DNA of 64,000 nucleotides from NCBI RefSeq assembly GCF_000281045.1, contig NW_008246068.1, positions 145,606 to 209,605 of the forward strand. The letters are read 5' to 3'. A program made the position numbers and the translations under genes. This DNA comes from Saprolegnia diclina VS20. Lineage: Eukaryota. The notes under the pieces were generated by a model. That model had not been told where the DNA came from. It ran no database searches and saw only the letters and a program-made list of their open reading frames with translations. Shown here in pieces: positions 63,152 through 64,000 of the stretch (positions are counted from its first letter, which is position 1; each line of letters starts with the position of its first letter).

Positions 63152-64000
63152 CTACGCGCGTGCATGAGGAACCCGACTTGAACGGCAGGTGCGACGTCTC
63201 CAAGATCGCTTCTGTGGGACGAGCAGCACGATCGGCGCACAAGCGAGCCCGAGCGATGCGCCCGCCCACATCCAAAGCACGGCCAGACGCCACTTGGCCT
63301 CCACCGCCCATCGAACGCATGTCGGCGGCAGGTCAAATTGTACCAGTGGTGGCGCGACGACTGTGGCTGTCGTTGCAAAGCACTGCATCGTGCCTGTTCT
63401 GTAAATTGTGGAAACGAAAACAGAGGTCGGACCTCGTGCTGTGCAAAGTGCGCCAGCCAGTGCTCCTTCTGACTCCACTGACGATCCAGAAACCCGACGA
63501 TGGTTGCTGGCGACGGTTGCAAAGGCGTGGCACGTGATGTGCAGATGCACGAGCGCCGGCCCATCGCCCGCGACCAGCCGTTGCATGGAGGGCACACCCG
63601 TGTCGACGTTGCGGCCATTTCGTACGTCGGCACTTCGCCTGCGTAACTTGGGTAGCCGATCGTGATGTCGTAGATCTCGGGCTTGACGTCCGTATTGGCA
63701 TACGCGTCAAGGAGGAGCTGCAGCCCCGCGGCGCCCGGCAACAGCACGCGCTCGAGCGTTGGCCGGCCTTGCGCAGTCGCAAACGCCTGAGACTTGGTCA
63801 CGCACTCGGTGTGGATCGTTGTGCCTTCCGGAAAGAGCATGAGCCAGACGGGGAAGGCGTCTTCGACAAACGACTCCATGTACTCTACACGATACGCATG
63901 AGATGGCCAACGCAAGAGATGAGCACATACGCTGGACGTGCGGCTTGTCGTGGACCAGGTCGCGCCGAAGGAAGAGGAATTCAAGCAGCGCCATCGTCCA
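63152..64000 (-). CDS. Lysophospholipid acyltransferase (LCLAT1/AGPAT-like), 3' part, with two compensating frameshifts
   Basis: FLFLRRD, WLMLFPEGT, RVLLP, IYDITIGY, FLDRQWSQKE; 5' end lies beyond the window; 3' end approximate. Confidence 0.82.

Overview
Eukaryotic, GC-rich, gene-dense genomic DNA with short (about 40-75 nt) GT-AG introns and three assembly gaps. Gene content, intron size and INR/FPR-type core promoters point to an oomycete, most likely Saprolegniales (inference). In order, the window holds: (1) three tandem C2-domain TKL kinase genes, the first a C2-kinase-pseudokinase; (2) a triple-DOMON ferric-reductase/NOX-family gene; (3) a ~29 kb array of ten intronless paralogues with an F-box-like N-terminus and RNI-type LRRs, plus one pseudogene fragment. 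The array is interrupted by a multi-exon class-C GPCR whose ectodomain looks like a betaine-type periplasmic binding protein, bracketed by the two halves of a ~500 bp non-coding repeat; (4) a CAMK-like kinase; (5) three paralogues with a WW-like domain enclosed by a Cys/His putative zinc-binding clamp; (6) a housekeeping block: NEK kinase, COQ9, an RCC1-repeat protein, a mucin-like membrane protein, a myristoylated IQANK1/dynein-AAA5-like protein, a PH protein, a Myb-like protein and a frameshifted lysophospholipid acyltransferase. The motif TCCGGATA recurs outside confidently called genes. No rRNA, tRNA, CRISPR array or transposase was recognised. Family assignments come from motif recognition only; no searches were run.
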